From Eubacteriales bacterium (GTDB taxonomy: Bacteria > Bacillota > Clostridia > Oscillospirales > Oscillospiraceae): 64,000 nt of DNA. This document shows positions 49,332 through 58,767 of this stretch, in pieces. Positions within the stretch are counted from its first letter, which is position 1; each line of letters opens with the position of its first letter. A program made the translations under genes and the position numbers. The DNA lies in NCBI GenBank assembly GCA_030531595.1, contig JAUNND010000002.1, forward strand, positions 2,097 through 66,096, written 5' to 3'. Below the pieces are notes generated by a model. It was given only the letters and a program-made list of their open reading frames with translations, did no database searches and was not told the origin of the DNA.

Positions 49332-50810
49332 TCATAATAAAATGCATATCAGACCACTGCTGCCTTCGTTGATTATTCTCTCCAGAGTTTCACGCAGTTT
49401 CTTTTTTGCATTCTCAGGCAGTGCCTCGATCTTGGAGGTGAGCCCTTCCTCCGCGATATCATTGAGGGATTTCCCGAAAATATTTGACTGCCAGATACGG
49501 TTTACATCTCCGTCAAACCCTTGAAGGAGGAAATTGATAATGTCCTCTGAGGCTGTCTCGCCGCCTATGGCCGGAGTGACCTCCGTTTCCACCTCAGTCC
49601 TTATCATGTGGATAGCCGGTGCATTGGCCTTGAGCTTTACGGTGTATTTCCCTCCCTGCCTGACGATCTGCGGTTCTTGCATATTCATTTGAGAAGAATC
49701 GGGTATCACAACTCCGTAGCCGCTTTCCTTTACCGACTCGAGCGCTGTCTTTATTCTGTCATATTCCTTCTTTACAACGCTCATTTCACTTAATATGGAG
49801 ATAAGATCGCCGTCATTATTGACTTCAAGCCCCGTATTGCTGCTGATGACCTCATAATAAAGCCTTCGCGGTATCTTTAACTGTATTTCAACGCTTCCGT
49901 TTCCGAGGTCGCTGCCGATGATCTCCGCAGCGGAAATATGTTCATATGCCTCCAGTTCACAGAGGACTTCGGAACAGTCTTTTATCTTTTTAACGCTTTT
50001 GCTGCTGTTTAGTATCCGGGCAAACAGTTCGGATTTGAGTCCGCCGCTGTCCGACAGCGCATCCAGCCATTCGGGCAGATAAAATCCGAGAGCTCTTACA
50101 GGAAATTCTTTAAGCACGGATTTGACAATGCTCCCGATCGTTTCCTCGTCCAGCTCAAGGCAGTTGACGGCGATGCACTGCACGCCGTATTGCTCCGCAA
50201 TCTCCCGGGAGATAGCAGCGGCATTCTCTGATCTCGGAGATGCACTGTTGAGCAGAACGATAAACGGTTTCCCGATCGCTTTCAGCTCATTTATAACACG
50301 CTCTTCCGCGCTGACATATTTTTCTCTGGGAATATCGCAGATCGTTCCGTCGCATGTCACGACGATTCCGATCGTCGAATGCTCGGTGATAACTTTATAT
50401 GTTCCCTTTTCGGCCGCCTCCGTAAGAGTTACCTCGCGGTCAAACCACGGCGTCGTAACGAGCCTCTCGTCTCCGTCTTCAAACTGTCCCACAGCGCCGT
50501 CAACCATATAACCGACGCAGTCGACGAGCCGTACAGAGAGAGTATCTCCGGAATCAAGAGATATGCTGACGGCCTCCTCGGGTACAAATTTGGGCTCTGC
50601 CGTCATGATCGTTCTTCCGGAGCCGCTCTGAGGAAGCTCATCGAGAGCGCGTTCCCGGACATAGGCGTTCTCAATATTAGGTATGATAAGCGTCTCCATG
50701 AAACGCTTGATGAATGTGGATTTACCCGTTCGGACAGGCCCGACAACACCGAGCATGAAAGCCCCGTCAGTCCTTGCGGCAATATCCTGGTATATTGATG
50801 TATCGGTCAT
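49332..50810 (-). CDS. spoIVA: Stage IV sporulation protein A
   Basis: MTDTSIYQDIAARTDGAFMLGVVGPVRTGKSTFIKRFME matches the SpoIVA N-terminal Walker A region. I prefer ATG 50810 over the TTG at 50819. Confidence 0.92.
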   Translation of the reverse strand: MTDTSIYQDIAARTDGAFMLGVVGPVRTGKSTFIKRFMETLIIPNIENAYVRERALDELPQSGSGRTIMTAEPKFVPEEAVSISLDSGDTLSVRLVDCVGYMVDGAVGQFEDGDERLVTTPWFDREVTLTEAAEKGTYKVITEHSTIGIVVTCDGTICDIPREKYVSAEERVINELKAIGKPFIVLLNSASPRSENAAAISREIAEQYGVQCIAVNCLELDEETIGSIVKSVLKEFPVRALGFYLPEWLDALSDSGGLKSELFARILNSSKSVKKIKDCSEVLCELEAYEHISAAEIIGSDLGNGSVEIQLKIPRRLYYEVISSNTGLEVNNDGDLISILSEMSVVKKEYDRIKTALESVKESGYGVVIPDSSQMNMQEPQIVRQGGKYTVKLKANAPAIHMIRTEVETEVTPAIGGETASEDIINFLLQGFDGDVNRIWQSNIFGKSLNDIAEEGLTSKIEALPENAKKKLRETLERIINEGSSGLICILL

Positions 50811-50819
50811 AAAAAGCAA

Positions 50820-50877
50820 ACCTCCGCTTCCATGTTCTCGTTTGTACGAGTCTATGAGAAGCGGAGGTGATATATGA
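50820..50877 (-). promoter_or_regulatory. Composite hairpin (upstream-operon terminator/RBS sequestrator) with an embedded sigma-E-like promoter for spoIVA
   Basis: An 11-bp perfect stem: ACCTCCGCTTC (plus-strand 50820-50830) with GAAGCGGAGGT (plus-strand 50858-50868). On the minus strand the order is TCATATA, 14 nt, CATAGACT. The minus-strand 5' arm (rc of 50858-50868) lies in the promoter spacer. The 3' arm (rc of 50820-50830) carries the spoIVA SD. Confidence 0.45.
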
Positions 50878-50888
50878 CCGTTTACCTG

Positions 50889-51641
50889 TCAGCAAAATTC
50901 AATAATTGCCTTATGCGCAGCCGAAACGCAGAAGTGAACGTCCGGATACCTTGCCGAAAGCTTTTCAAAAAGCATCGGTATGACCGGCTGCTCGGTACCG
51001 AAATGGTCTCCGTCAATGAGATTTATGCCCAACTCCTGAGCAGCGAGAAATTCATGGTATTTGACATCGGCGGTTAAGAATGTATCACAGCCTTTTTCTG
51101 CGGCATCCTCCAGAGCGTCTGCGCCGCTGCCGCCCAAAACGGCTATTTTTTTTACGGCTCTGCCTGCATCATAGTACCGCAGACCGTTCGCGGGAAGCTT
51201 TGAACGACACAGGCGGAGAAAATCAGACAGAGCCGTTTCTTCCGGAAGTATCCCGACTCTTCCGCAGTTGTCTTTATCAAGATTTTCAACGAACTCTGCT
51301 CCAAACAGCGAAAGCAAAACATCGTTCACGCCGCCTTCGGCTATGTCAAGGTTCGTATGCATGGAAATGACCGCAATATCATTTGCTGCCAGTTTTATCA
51401 GCTTACTGTCTGTGAGCGCTTTCAGCGGGTGAAATATCACCGGATGATGTGAAATGATCATATCGGCACCGTTATCGATCGCTTCATCGACGACAGCTTC
51501 GGTAACATCAAGAGCCAGAATAACATTACGGATCATCTTCTCTTTTCTGCCGATAAGAAAACCGGAGTTATCAAAGCTCATCTGTTTCTCCAAAGGCGCA
51601 AGCTCACACAAATAAGTGAAAAGTTCATTTCCCGTTATCAC
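50889..51641 (-). CDS. Nif3-like dinuclear metal centre protein (YqfO/YbgI family)
   Basis: It has the pattern FDNSGFLIGR...ISHHP...MHTNLD...GDHF. I prefer GTG 51641 (GGAGG SD 7 nt upstream; GTGA overlap with the trmK stop) over ATG 51710. Confidence 0.85.
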   Translation of the reverse strand: MITGNELFTYLCELAPLEKQMSFDNSGFLIGRKEKMIRNVILALDVTEAVVDEAIDNGADMIISHHPVIFHPLKALTDSKLIKLAANDIAVISMHTNLDIAEGGVNDVLLSLFGAEFVENLDKDNCGRVGILPEETALSDFLRLCRSKLPANGLRYYDAGRAVKKIAVLGGSGADALEDAAEKGCDTFLTADVKYHEFLAAQELGINLIDGDHFGTEQPVIPMLFEKLSARYPDVHFCVSAAHKAIIEFC

Positions 51642-52336
51642 CGCATATCCTCCGAAAGCCTTTCTTTCATTTCTCTCAGTCCCATAAGTATTTTTTCGTT
51701 TATACCGCATCTTGAAATCACATCCGGCCTGCCGCTGTTTTTCATTCCCGTGATACTTTTTCCGAAGCTTCCGATCAGCTTTTCAAGTCTTTCGGGAAAG
51801 TGTTCCGAATTCTTTATCAGTTCATATTTACCGGTAAAAAGCTCTGCGTCGCTGGTTTTTCCGGCGTTTCCCGGGACGGCTGTAATTATCTGATAAAAAG
51901 TCCCTTCGTCCCTGACAAGCTCCTCGCTCTTTATTTCAAAGCTGTTATTGATCAGCCAATATCTGAGGATCTCGGACTTTGTCATCGGCTGCAGTATCAG
52001 CTTGAATGACCAGGTGTAAAGCCATTGTGTCCTGTCAAGAATGCCGCATATGGTATCACCGCCCATACCGGCGATTATTATTGTATCGATCCTTTCGTGA
52101 GGACAGCTTTCAAGTCCGTCACACAGCAGAAAGTCGATCCTGCCTTCCAGACCTGCCTCCTTTGCGTTTTCGATCCCTTTCAGGAGGGGAGCATAGTTTA
52201 TATCCGATGCTATCAGATTACCGTTATATCCGTTCTGAGCGAGATATATGGGGATATAACCGTGATCGGTCCCGACATCGACAACCCCTCTGCCGTCTCT
52301 CACATGAGATGCAATTGTAAGAAGTCTCTTATCCAT
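51638..52336 (-). CDS. trmK: tRNA (adenine(22)-N(1))-methyltransferase
   Basis: A 232-aa ORF. VVDVGTDHGYIPIYL...IAGMGG is typical of TrmK, and it has the usual trmK-nif3 pairing. Confidence 0.8.
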   Translation of the reverse strand: MDKRLLTIASHVRDGRGVVDVGTDHGYIPIYLAQNGYNGNLIASDINYAPLLKGIENAKEAGLEGRIDFLLCDGLESCPHERIDTIIIAGMGGDTICGILDRTQWLYTWSFKLILQPMTKSEILRYWLINNSFEIKSEELVRDEGTFYQIITAVPGNAGKTSDAELFTGKYELIKNSEHFPERLEKLIGSFGKSITGMKNSGRPDVISRCGINEKILMGLREMKERLSEDMR

Positions 52337-52388
52337 AATTTATAAAAAAACCCCGGCTTCTTAATGCCGAGGAATTATCCGATGATCA

Positions 52389-52589
52389 TCAGACGGTTTC
52401 AAGAAAAGCCTTGAGAGCAACGACAAACTCATCAGGGTCTACGCCGTGGGCATAGCAGGCCTGCTCGAGATTTTCACCGCTTGCCATGGCACAGCCCATG
52501 CAGTGCATTCCGATGGCCTGGAATGCGGGCATTGCCTGAGGGCAGTTCTCAACGATTTCGGAAATAAGGGTTTCTTTAGTGATTTCCAT
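52389..52589 (-). CDS. DUF1858 domain protein (hybrid-cluster-protein-associated redox disulfide domain)
   Basis: It has the pattern MEITKETLISEIV...GMHCMGCAMASGENLEQAC. I prefer ATG 52589 over GTG 52598. Confidence 0.6.
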   Translation of the reverse strand: MEITKETLISEIVENCPQAMPAFQAIGMHCMGCAMASGENLEQACYAHGVDPDEFVVALKAFLETV

Positions 52590-52615
52590 AGCTGTCACCT
52601 TTCGTTTTAATAAGC

Positions 52616-52647
52616 ATAAAAATTGGGACGCCTAAGCGCCCCAATTT
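52616..52647 (-). terminator. Intrinsic terminator after the zinc-ribbon gene
   Basis: On the minus strand: ATTGGGGCGC-TTAG-GCGTCCCAAT followed by TTTTT. Confidence 0.7.
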
Positions 52648-52659
52648 CTGTCAGGCGGA

Positions 52660-52938
52660 TCAGGCCTGCTCTCTCATTTTAGCAAAGCATTCGCTGCAGT
52701 ATACGGGACGGTCGGATTTGGGCTCAAAGGGAACCTTTGCCTCGCCGCCGCAGGCAGCGCAGACTGCTGTAAAGAACTCACGGGGACCACGGGCTGCGTT
52801 CTTGCGTGCATCGCGGCAGACCTTGCAGCGCTGAGGCTCATTCTGGAAGCCGCGCTCTGCGTAGAACTCCTGCTCACCTGCGGTGAAAACGAACTCTTTA
52901 CCACACTCTTTGCAAACTAAAGTCTTGTCTTCGTACAT
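52660..52938 (-). CDS. Zinc-ribbon protein (three CxxC pairs)
   Basis: A 92-aa ORF with a GAGAGGA SD. It contains CKECG...CKVCR, then CAACG...CSEC. Confidence 0.6.
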   Translation of the reverse strand: MYEDKTLVCKECGKEFVFTAGEQEFYAERGFQNEPQRCKVCRDARKNAARGPREFFTAVCAACGGEAKVPFEPKSDRPVYCSECFAKMREQA

Positions 52939-53261
52939 TTCGAATCCTCTCTTTTGATAACGTGCCTATTTCGGCTGTATTTGCGATCAGCTCTTGCTGC
53001 AAACGCCAGAATAAATCTCCGTATAGCGGAGTCCCGACAACGTCTGTCGGGTGATTAAATGTTCCATGCTCTCCGGCCAACTAAGTATCCTGCAATCAGG
53101 GGTTACCAAAAGAAGGTATTCGAGAGTTGCTCAGATCAAACTGAACGGAAAAAACAAAAAATCGGATAAATGAATACATCTATTTAATATAAACTAACAC
53201 GTTATATTATACAGCAAGCGTGATTTTTGTCAATAATTATTTGCAAAAAAACCGAAAAAAA

Positions 53262-54302
53262 TTATAAATCAAGCTCCTGCTGACCGGCAAATACAATACC
53301 GAGATGCTCATAAGCCCTGCGTGTGACGCATCTGCCGCGCGGCGTGCGGGTAATAAACCCTTTCTGCAGCAGATAAGGCTCGTAAACATCCTCCAGAGTG
53401 ACGGCTTCTTCGTTTATTGTTGCGGCCAATGTCTCAAGCCCCACGGGTCCGCCGTTATAGTATTCGATGATGCTTCTGAGCATCCTTCTGTCAAGCGCGT
53501 CAAGCCCGAGCTTGTCTACCTCCAGACTGGAAAGCGCCATATCGGCAACGGAGTTTGTTATTACGCCGTCGGCCATGACCTGTGCATAGTCACGCACGCG
53601 CCGGAGAAGCCTGTTGGCTATTCTCGGTGTACCGCGTGAACGCGAGGCTATTTCATAAGCGCCGCTCTCTTCGATATCCACATTCAGTATCCCGGCGGAG
53701 CGGGTGACGATCTTTTTCAGCTCCTCCGGAGTGTAGAGCTCAAGCCGGAGAGAAACGCCGAAACGGTCACGCAATGGCGCCGTGAGTTGTCCCGACCTTG
53801 TTGTTGCGCCGATCAGAGTGAAATGCGGCAGATCAAGATGGATCGAATTTGCTGAGGGACCTTTGCCGAGGATGATATCGATGGCATAGTCCTCCATTGC
53901 GGGATAAAGGATCTCCTCGTATGCACGGTTCAGACGATGGATCTCGTCAACAAACAGTATATCGCCTTCATTGAGGTTTGTAAGCATTGCCACAAGGTCG
54001 CCGGGTTTCTCAATGGCAGGACCTGAGGTAATGCGCATATTGACGCCCATCTCATTTGCTATCACTGAGGCCAAAGTCGTTTTTCCGAGTCCCGGAGGAC
54101 CGTGCAGAAGTACATGGTCAAGCGGCTCGTTTCGCATTTTGGCGGCATTGATGAAAATGCTCAGATTTCCCTTCGCTTTCTCCTGACCGATATACTCATT
54201 TATCGATTTCGGGCGAAGAGAACCCTCATTGTTGTCTTCTGACAGACGGGCGGCACTGGTAATTATCTCTTCATTTGATTCTTCCGAAAAACTGATACTC
54301 AT
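53262..54302 (-). CDS. ruvB: Holliday junction branch migration DNA helicase RuvB
   Basis: Walker [10 protein letters not shown] and Walker B (FVDEIHRL) are present, with overall RuvB-like sequence. Confidence 0.95.
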   Translation of the reverse strand: MSISFSEESNEEIITSAARLSEDNNEGSLRPKSINEYIGQEKAKGNLSIFINAAKMRNEPLDHVLLHGPPGLGKTTLASVIANEMGVNMRITSGPAIEKPGDLVAMLTNLNEGDILFVDEIHRLNRAYEEILYPAMEDYAIDIILGKGPSANSIHLDLPHFTLIGATTRSGQLTAPLRDRFGVSLRLELYTPEELKKIVTRSAGILNVDIEESGAYEIASRSRGTPRIANRLLRRVRDYAQVMADGVITNSVADMALSSLEVDKLGLDALDRRMLRSIIEYYNGGPVGLETLAATINEEAVTLEDVYEPYLLQKGFITRTPRGRCVTRRAYEHLGIVFAGQQELDL

Positions 54303-54311
54303 TGTGTCACC

Positions 54312-54911
54312 TTATTTAACCATTTTTTTCAGAACGGCTTTAATGATCTGCTCTGCGGTCATATCCGCCGTTTCAAGCGTTTTGAGAGCAGATGCAATGT
54401 CACTGCTGCTGTACCCGAGCACAGCCAGACCGGCTAAAGCGTCGTTCATACTGCTGTTTGAGGCGGAGGCTGAAGCGGGAATACGGATATCGATCGTCTG
54501 ACCGCCCATTTCCTTGCTGATCTTATCCTTGAGCTCAAGAATTACCCTCTGCGCTATCTTCTTACCTATTCCGGGAGCGACGGTCAACGCCTTTTCGTCG
54601 CTGTTCATTATAGCCAGCGCAAGAGATTCGGGGGTGTTGTACGACAATATCGAAATAGCAGCTTTCGGACCGATGCCGGAGACTGCCGTCAGCATTTCAA
54701 AGCATCTTTTCTCAGATTTAGTATAAAACCCAAACAGATCAAAAGCGTTTTCGGTTATGGATTCTGCGACAAAAAGCTTTGAGCGTGCTCCTTTTTTGAG
54801 GCAGCTTATCGTGTTGGCAGAGGCGTTGAGCGCATAACCGACGCCTGCACAGTCAATAACAGCCATATTCGGCTCAAGCTCGGCAACAGTACCTTCTATA
54901 TGGTAGAACAT
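54312..54911 (-). CDS. ruvA: Holliday junction branch migration complex subunit RuvA
   Basis: A 199-aa ORF with MFYHIEGTV..., HhH motifs (VSGIGPKAA, APGIGKKIAQR), and a position between ruvC and ruvB. Confidence 0.92.
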   Translation of the reverse strand: MFYHIEGTVAELEPNMAVIDCAGVGYALNASANTISCLKKGARSKLFVAESITENAFDLFGFYTKSEKRCFEMLTAVSGIGPKAAISILSYNTPESLALAIMNSDEKALTVAPGIGKKIAQRVILELKDKISKEMGGQTIDIRIPASASASNSSMNDALAGLAVLGYSSSDIASALKTLETADMTAEQIIKAVLKKMVK

Positions 54912-55408
54912 TCTTCATTTTCTCCTTTGAACAAAAGTGATGAGGAGCTTCTCGCATGGCACAGCGCCAGCGCAACGGCATCTGCCGCGTCATCCGGCTT
55001 CGGAGCCTCTTTGAGTGAACACAATCGTCTGACCATATCCATGACCTGATGCTTCTCGGCCCGTCCATAGCCCACCACAGACTGTTTTACCTGCAAGGGT
55101 GTATATTCGTATATTTTCAATCCGTGTTTATGGCAGGCAAGCAGTATCACTCCCCTGCCGTGCGCTACCGAAATACCGGTCGTAATGTTAGTATTGAAAA
55201 AAAGCTCTTCGATCGAAACGCAGTCCGGTGAGAACATCTCGATCAGCTCACTCAGGTCATCATAGATCCTGTCGAGTCTCATTGAAAGGCTCGTGTGTGC
55301 CGGTGTTGTGATAACGCCGCACCTGACGAGTCTGTATCTGCCATTATCAAAATCAAGAACGGAAAAGCCGATCGTTGCTATTCCCGGGTCAATGCCTAAA
55401 ATCCTCAT
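54896..55408 (-). CDS. ruvC: Crossover junction endodeoxyribonuclease RuvC
   Basis: A 170-aa ORF with MRILGIDPG... and catalytic acidic residues in the RuvC pattern (...DAADAVALAL). Confidence 0.92.
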   Translation of the reverse strand: MRILGIDPGIATIGFSVLDFDNGRYRLVRCGVITTPAHTSLSMRLDRIYDDLSELIEMFSPDCVSIEELFFNTNITTGISVAHGRGVILLACHKHGLKIYEYTPLQVKQSVVGYGRAEKHQVMDMVRRLCSLKEAPKPDDAADAVALALCHARSSSSLLFKGENEECSTI

Positions 55409-55497
55409 GCAATCACATCCGTTCTGATTTTAGCATATTTTTTCTTCGTTATCAATATAAAAAAGCCGCTGCAATGCAACGGCTTTCGGTAACAATA

Positions 55498-56388
55498 TCA
55501 GGCTCTCGGGTGAGCCTTTGCGTATACATCCTTGAGCTGTTTCTTTATCAGGTGAGAATAGACCTGTGTTGAAGAAATATCGGAATGTCCGAGCATCTCC
55601 TGAATGGAGTGGATATCTGCACCGTTTTCAAGAAGATGCGCTGCAAAGGAGTGGCGCAAAGTATGAGGAGTAATATCCTTTTCGATCTTGGCTTTTTTCT
55701 GATAGTACTTTATGATCTTCCAGAAGCCCTGTCTTGACATTCTGTCACCGCTTACATTAACGAAAAGAGAAGGCTCATCCGGGGAAGCTATCATCTGAGG
55801 ACGTACAAGAGTGATGTAGTCGTTCAGAGCCTTGACTGCGGCCTGATACATGGGGATGATGCGCTCTTTTCCGCGGTTCACGCAGCGAATGGCTCCGGAG
55901 GTGAGATTTACATCGCTTATATTCAGGTCGATCAGCTCGGTTACTCTTATTCCGGTCGCATAAAGCAGCTCAAGCATGGCCTTATCTCTGTAACCCTTTG
56001 CGTCAATGCAGTTGGGCTGATTAAGCAGCAGCTCGACCTCATTGGAAGTGAGGATCTGGGGAAGCTTCTGGACGTTCTTGTCGGGGACAAGCTTCAACGC
56101 GGGATTAAATTCCACATAGCGTTTGATGCAAAGGTGGGTATACAGGCACTTTATAGAAGCTATCGACCGGGACACGGTCGCCACAGACTTGCCTATGGAG
56201 CGCAGATAATCAATATATGCGCCGAGCTCTTCGTCGGCAGCGTTTATGATCGTTGTATCAAAATTTTCTTCCAGGTATTCTCCAAGCTGACGAATATCAC
56301 GCATATAGGAGCTGAGGGTATTCGCGGAAGCCTTCTTGTCTTCTCTCAGATATCTTTCAAATATTTCATATACTTCATTATTCTGCAT
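55498..56388 (-). CDS. xerD: Site-specific tyrosine recombinase XerD-like
   Basis: It has the pattern FLEYL-type N-domain...ATGIRVTELIDL...HTLRHSFAAHLL...GHSDISSTQVYSH. I prefer ATG 56388 (AGAGGGA SD). Confidence 0.85.
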   Translation of the reverse strand: MQNNEVYEIFERYLREDKKASANTLSSYMRDIRQLGEYLEENFDTTIINAADEELGAYIDYLRSIGKSVATVSRSIASIKCLYTHLCIKRYVEFNPALKLVPDKNVQKLPQILTSNEVELLLNQPNCIDAKGYRDKAMLELLYATGIRVTELIDLNISDVNLTSGAIRCVNRGKERIIPMYQAAVKALNDYITLVRPQMIASPDEPSLFVNVSGDRMSRQGFWKIIKYYQKKAKIEKDITPHTLRHSFAAHLLENGADIHSIQEMLGHSDISSTQVYSHLIKKQLKDVYAKAHPRA

Positions 56389-56718
56389 AAACGATCCCTC
56401 TGTTCTCAACGCGTGAAAGCGTTATTATCTCTTTGGAAAAAGAATTATGTGATTTCGGTTAACCTGATTATTTTTCGCAGGCGTTCTTTCCGCTTTCGGA
56501 TTAATGTCTCGGGAAATAAATTAACATAACCGAGAACAGTTACAATATATTACAAACCGAAATAAAAATCAAGTCTTTTTTTACTTTTTTCAAATTATTT
56601 TTTTGCTTATGTAAATCGTATCTACAATAATTGTAACTATTGCAGGGAAAACGTGTATAATTTTCATCTGAAAACAGTCGTTTTGCTTTCAAAATGTAAT
56701 GTAATTATGTTAAACCGC

Positions 56719-57168
56719 TTATGTGGATGCTTTTATCCGCCATGTCTTCTTTTTCTTTACCGGTCCGAAAACACAGCCTGAAAATATTCCGGCAAATGAA
56801 AAAGTCGAAAGGCTCAGAATCCCCGAAATATCGATACCGGAAGAGTCAATAAGGAAACCCGCAAGCAGTGCTGAAATAATAATTACAGCCGAAACAGTCA
56901 AGGCTTTTACAAAAACCCCTTCGGTCAGATGTGAAAGAACGATTTTTGCGGTTACAAATGAAGATATAAAGCTCACTGCCGATATGCTGTATCCGAAAAC
57001 AGCTTCGCAACTGCATAACCGATGCAGAATAAAGCTTACGATAATGACTGTTACCAGACTGCACAGCATCCAGAGTGCAGCAGAACGAGGAATAAGATAG
57101 ATCATGCTTTCATCAGCTTGCTTTTTTCGCAATAAAAAACACCCCCGAATAACAGATATACGATCCAT
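56719..57168 (-). CDS. Small polytopic membrane protein
   Basis: A 149-aa ORF (shorter if it starts at the internal Met) with 3-4 TM helices, located downstream of yajC. I recognise no motif. Confidence 0.4.
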   Translation of the reverse strand: MDRISVIRGCFLLRKKQADESMIYLIPRSAALWMLCSLVTVIIVSFILHRLCSCEAVFGYSISAVSFISSFVTAKIVLSHLTEGVFVKALTVSAVIIISALLAGFLIDSSGIDISGILSLSTFSFAGIFSGCVFGPVKKKKTWRIKAST

Positions 57169-57205
57169 TATTACGGGGGTGTTTCTTATAAAAGAACCTG
57201 TCTGA

Positions 57206-57550
57206 TTATTTTTTTCTGCCCTGAGTTCTTGCTTTCATGGCTTCGGCTTCAGCGGCCTCGATCTTATCGGTGGTGGAAATGGCCCACTTCTTTGTCTGAA
57301 TACGGACTCTGTCCTCACCGGTCTCAAAGGTGATGGTATCTTCGGTGATCTGAACGATCTTGCCGGTGATACCGCCGATGGTGGTGATACCGTCGCCGAG
57401 AGAAAGAGAGTTGCGCATCTCTTCGGTCTTTTTCTTTTTCTTATTTTCGGGGCGGATGATCAGAAAATAGAAGATAGCGAACATCGCTAAGAGCATTATG
57501 ATCATGGAACTGCCGCCTCCGGCAGCTGCTGCTGTGTTTGCTGTGTACAT
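57206..57550 (-). CDS. yajC: Preprotein translocase subunit YajC
   Basis: A 114-aa ORF with a GGAGG SD. It has a single TM helix, then RPENKKKKK...GDGITTIGGITGKIV, typical of YajC. Confidence 0.88.
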   Translation of the reverse strand: MYTANTAAAAGGGSSMIIMLLAMFAIFYFLIIRPENKKKKKTEEMRNSLSLGDGITTIGGITGKIVQITEDTITFETGEDRVRIQTKKWAISTTDKIEAAEAEAMKARTQGRKK

Positions 57551-57616
57551 TCTGAGAGTACCTCCAAAAGATTATGTCGATATATTATACATTGTACTTG
57601 CGGCAAATTCAAGCAT

Positions 57617-58747
57617 TTAAATACGCTTATCTAAAATTTCGCGGTATTTTTTTCTGAATACGTCAAAGCATCCCTCGTCAAGACTGTTTCTGATCCTCCT
57701 CGTGAGGCTGTTGTAGAAATACAGGTTGTGCATGACAGCAAGGCGCATCGCCAGCATCTCCTCCGCCTTGAAAAGATGCCGGATATATGCCCTTGAATAT
57801 CTGCGGCATACCGGGCAGTCACACTGCGGGTCTATCGGCCGGGAGTCCTTTGCGTATTTTTCGTTTTTTATGTTGATAATGCCGCCCCATGTGAAGAGGT
57901 GTCCGTGCCTGCCGTTTCTCGCAGGCATTACGCAGTCAAAAAAGTCAACTCCCCGATATACGCTTTCGATGATGTTGACCGGCGTACCGACGCCCATCAG
58001 ATAGCGCGGTTTGTCCTTGGGCATATATTCCTCGACAGCCTCGATGGTGTCGTACATCTCCTGATGGGTCTCCCCTACCGCCAGCCCGCCTATGGCGTAA
58101 CCCGGCAGATCAAGTTCTGCAATCTTTTTCATATGCTCAATACGGAGATCGTGGAATACGGCGCCCTGATTGATCCCGAAAAGCATCTGCCCCGGGTTTA
58201 CCGCGTCATCCTCGCTGTTGTATTCTGCGTTTGCCTTCTTGCAGCGTTCAAGCCAACGATATGTCCTGTCACATGAGCGCTTCACATACTCGTGCGGAGA
58301 CGGTATCTTGATGCACTCGTCAAATGCCATCGCAATGTCCGAGCCGAGATTGGACTGTATCCTCATGCTCTCCTCAGGACCCATGAAGATATGTCTGCCG
58401 TCGACGTGGGAGTTGAATTTAACGCCTTCCTCCGTGATCTTACGAAGCTTCGCAAGGGAAAAGATCTGAAATCCGCCGCTGTCGGTGAGGATAGGACCGT
58501 CCCAGGTCATGAATTTATGCAGACCGCCCATCTCTTTTATCAGAGTATCTCCGGGGCGGACGTGAAGATGGTAGGTATTAGAAAGCTCGACCTGACAGTC
58601 AAGGGTCTTAAGATCGCAGGCTGACAGAGCGCCCTTTATGGCTCCCTGCGTACCGACGTTCATAAATACTGGCGTCTGAACTGTCCCGTGAGGAGTTTCC
58701 AGTTCTCCTCTTCTGGCGCGTCCTTCCTGTTTTTTTAATCTGTACAA
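57617..58747 (-). CDS. tgt: tRNA-guanosine(34) transglycosylase
   Basis: The sequence includes RRGELETPHGTVQTPVFMNVGT..., the zinc site CDCPVC...H, and GLAVGE. I prefer TTG 58747 (MYRLKK..., GGAGG SD 8 nt upstream) over GTG 58807. Confidence 0.9.
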   Translation of the reverse strand: MYRLKKQEGRARRGELETPHGTVQTPVFMNVGTQGAIKGALSACDLKTLDCQVELSNTYHLHVRPGDTLIKEMGGLHKFMTWDGPILTDSGGFQIFSLAKLRKITEEGVKFNSHVDGRHIFMGPEESMRIQSNLGSDIAMAFDECIKIPSPHEYVKRSCDRTYRWLERCKKANAEYNSEDDAVNPGQMLFGINQGAVFHDLRIEHMKKIAELDLPGYAIGGLAVGETHQEMYDTIEAVEEYMPKDKPRYLMGVGTPVNIIESVYRGVDFFDCVMPARNGRHGHLFTWGGIINIKNEKYAKDSRPIDPQCDCPVCRRYSRAYIRHLFKAEEMLAMRLAVMHNLYFYNSLTRRIRNSLDEGCFDVFRKKYREILDKRI

Positions 58748-58767
58748 ATCGTTTTCCTCCGAGCCGA

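Noticed and set aside
56606-56716. dif-like strings near xerD (TTATGTAAAT at about 56608; TTATGTTAAAC at about 56705, 10/11 to the E. coli XerD arm).
   Set aside because: The expected XerC arm (ending ...ATAA) 6 nt upstream is missing in both cases. The region is very AT-rich, so such matches are expected by chance. dif should be judged from GC-skew and terminus position, which cannot be seen here.
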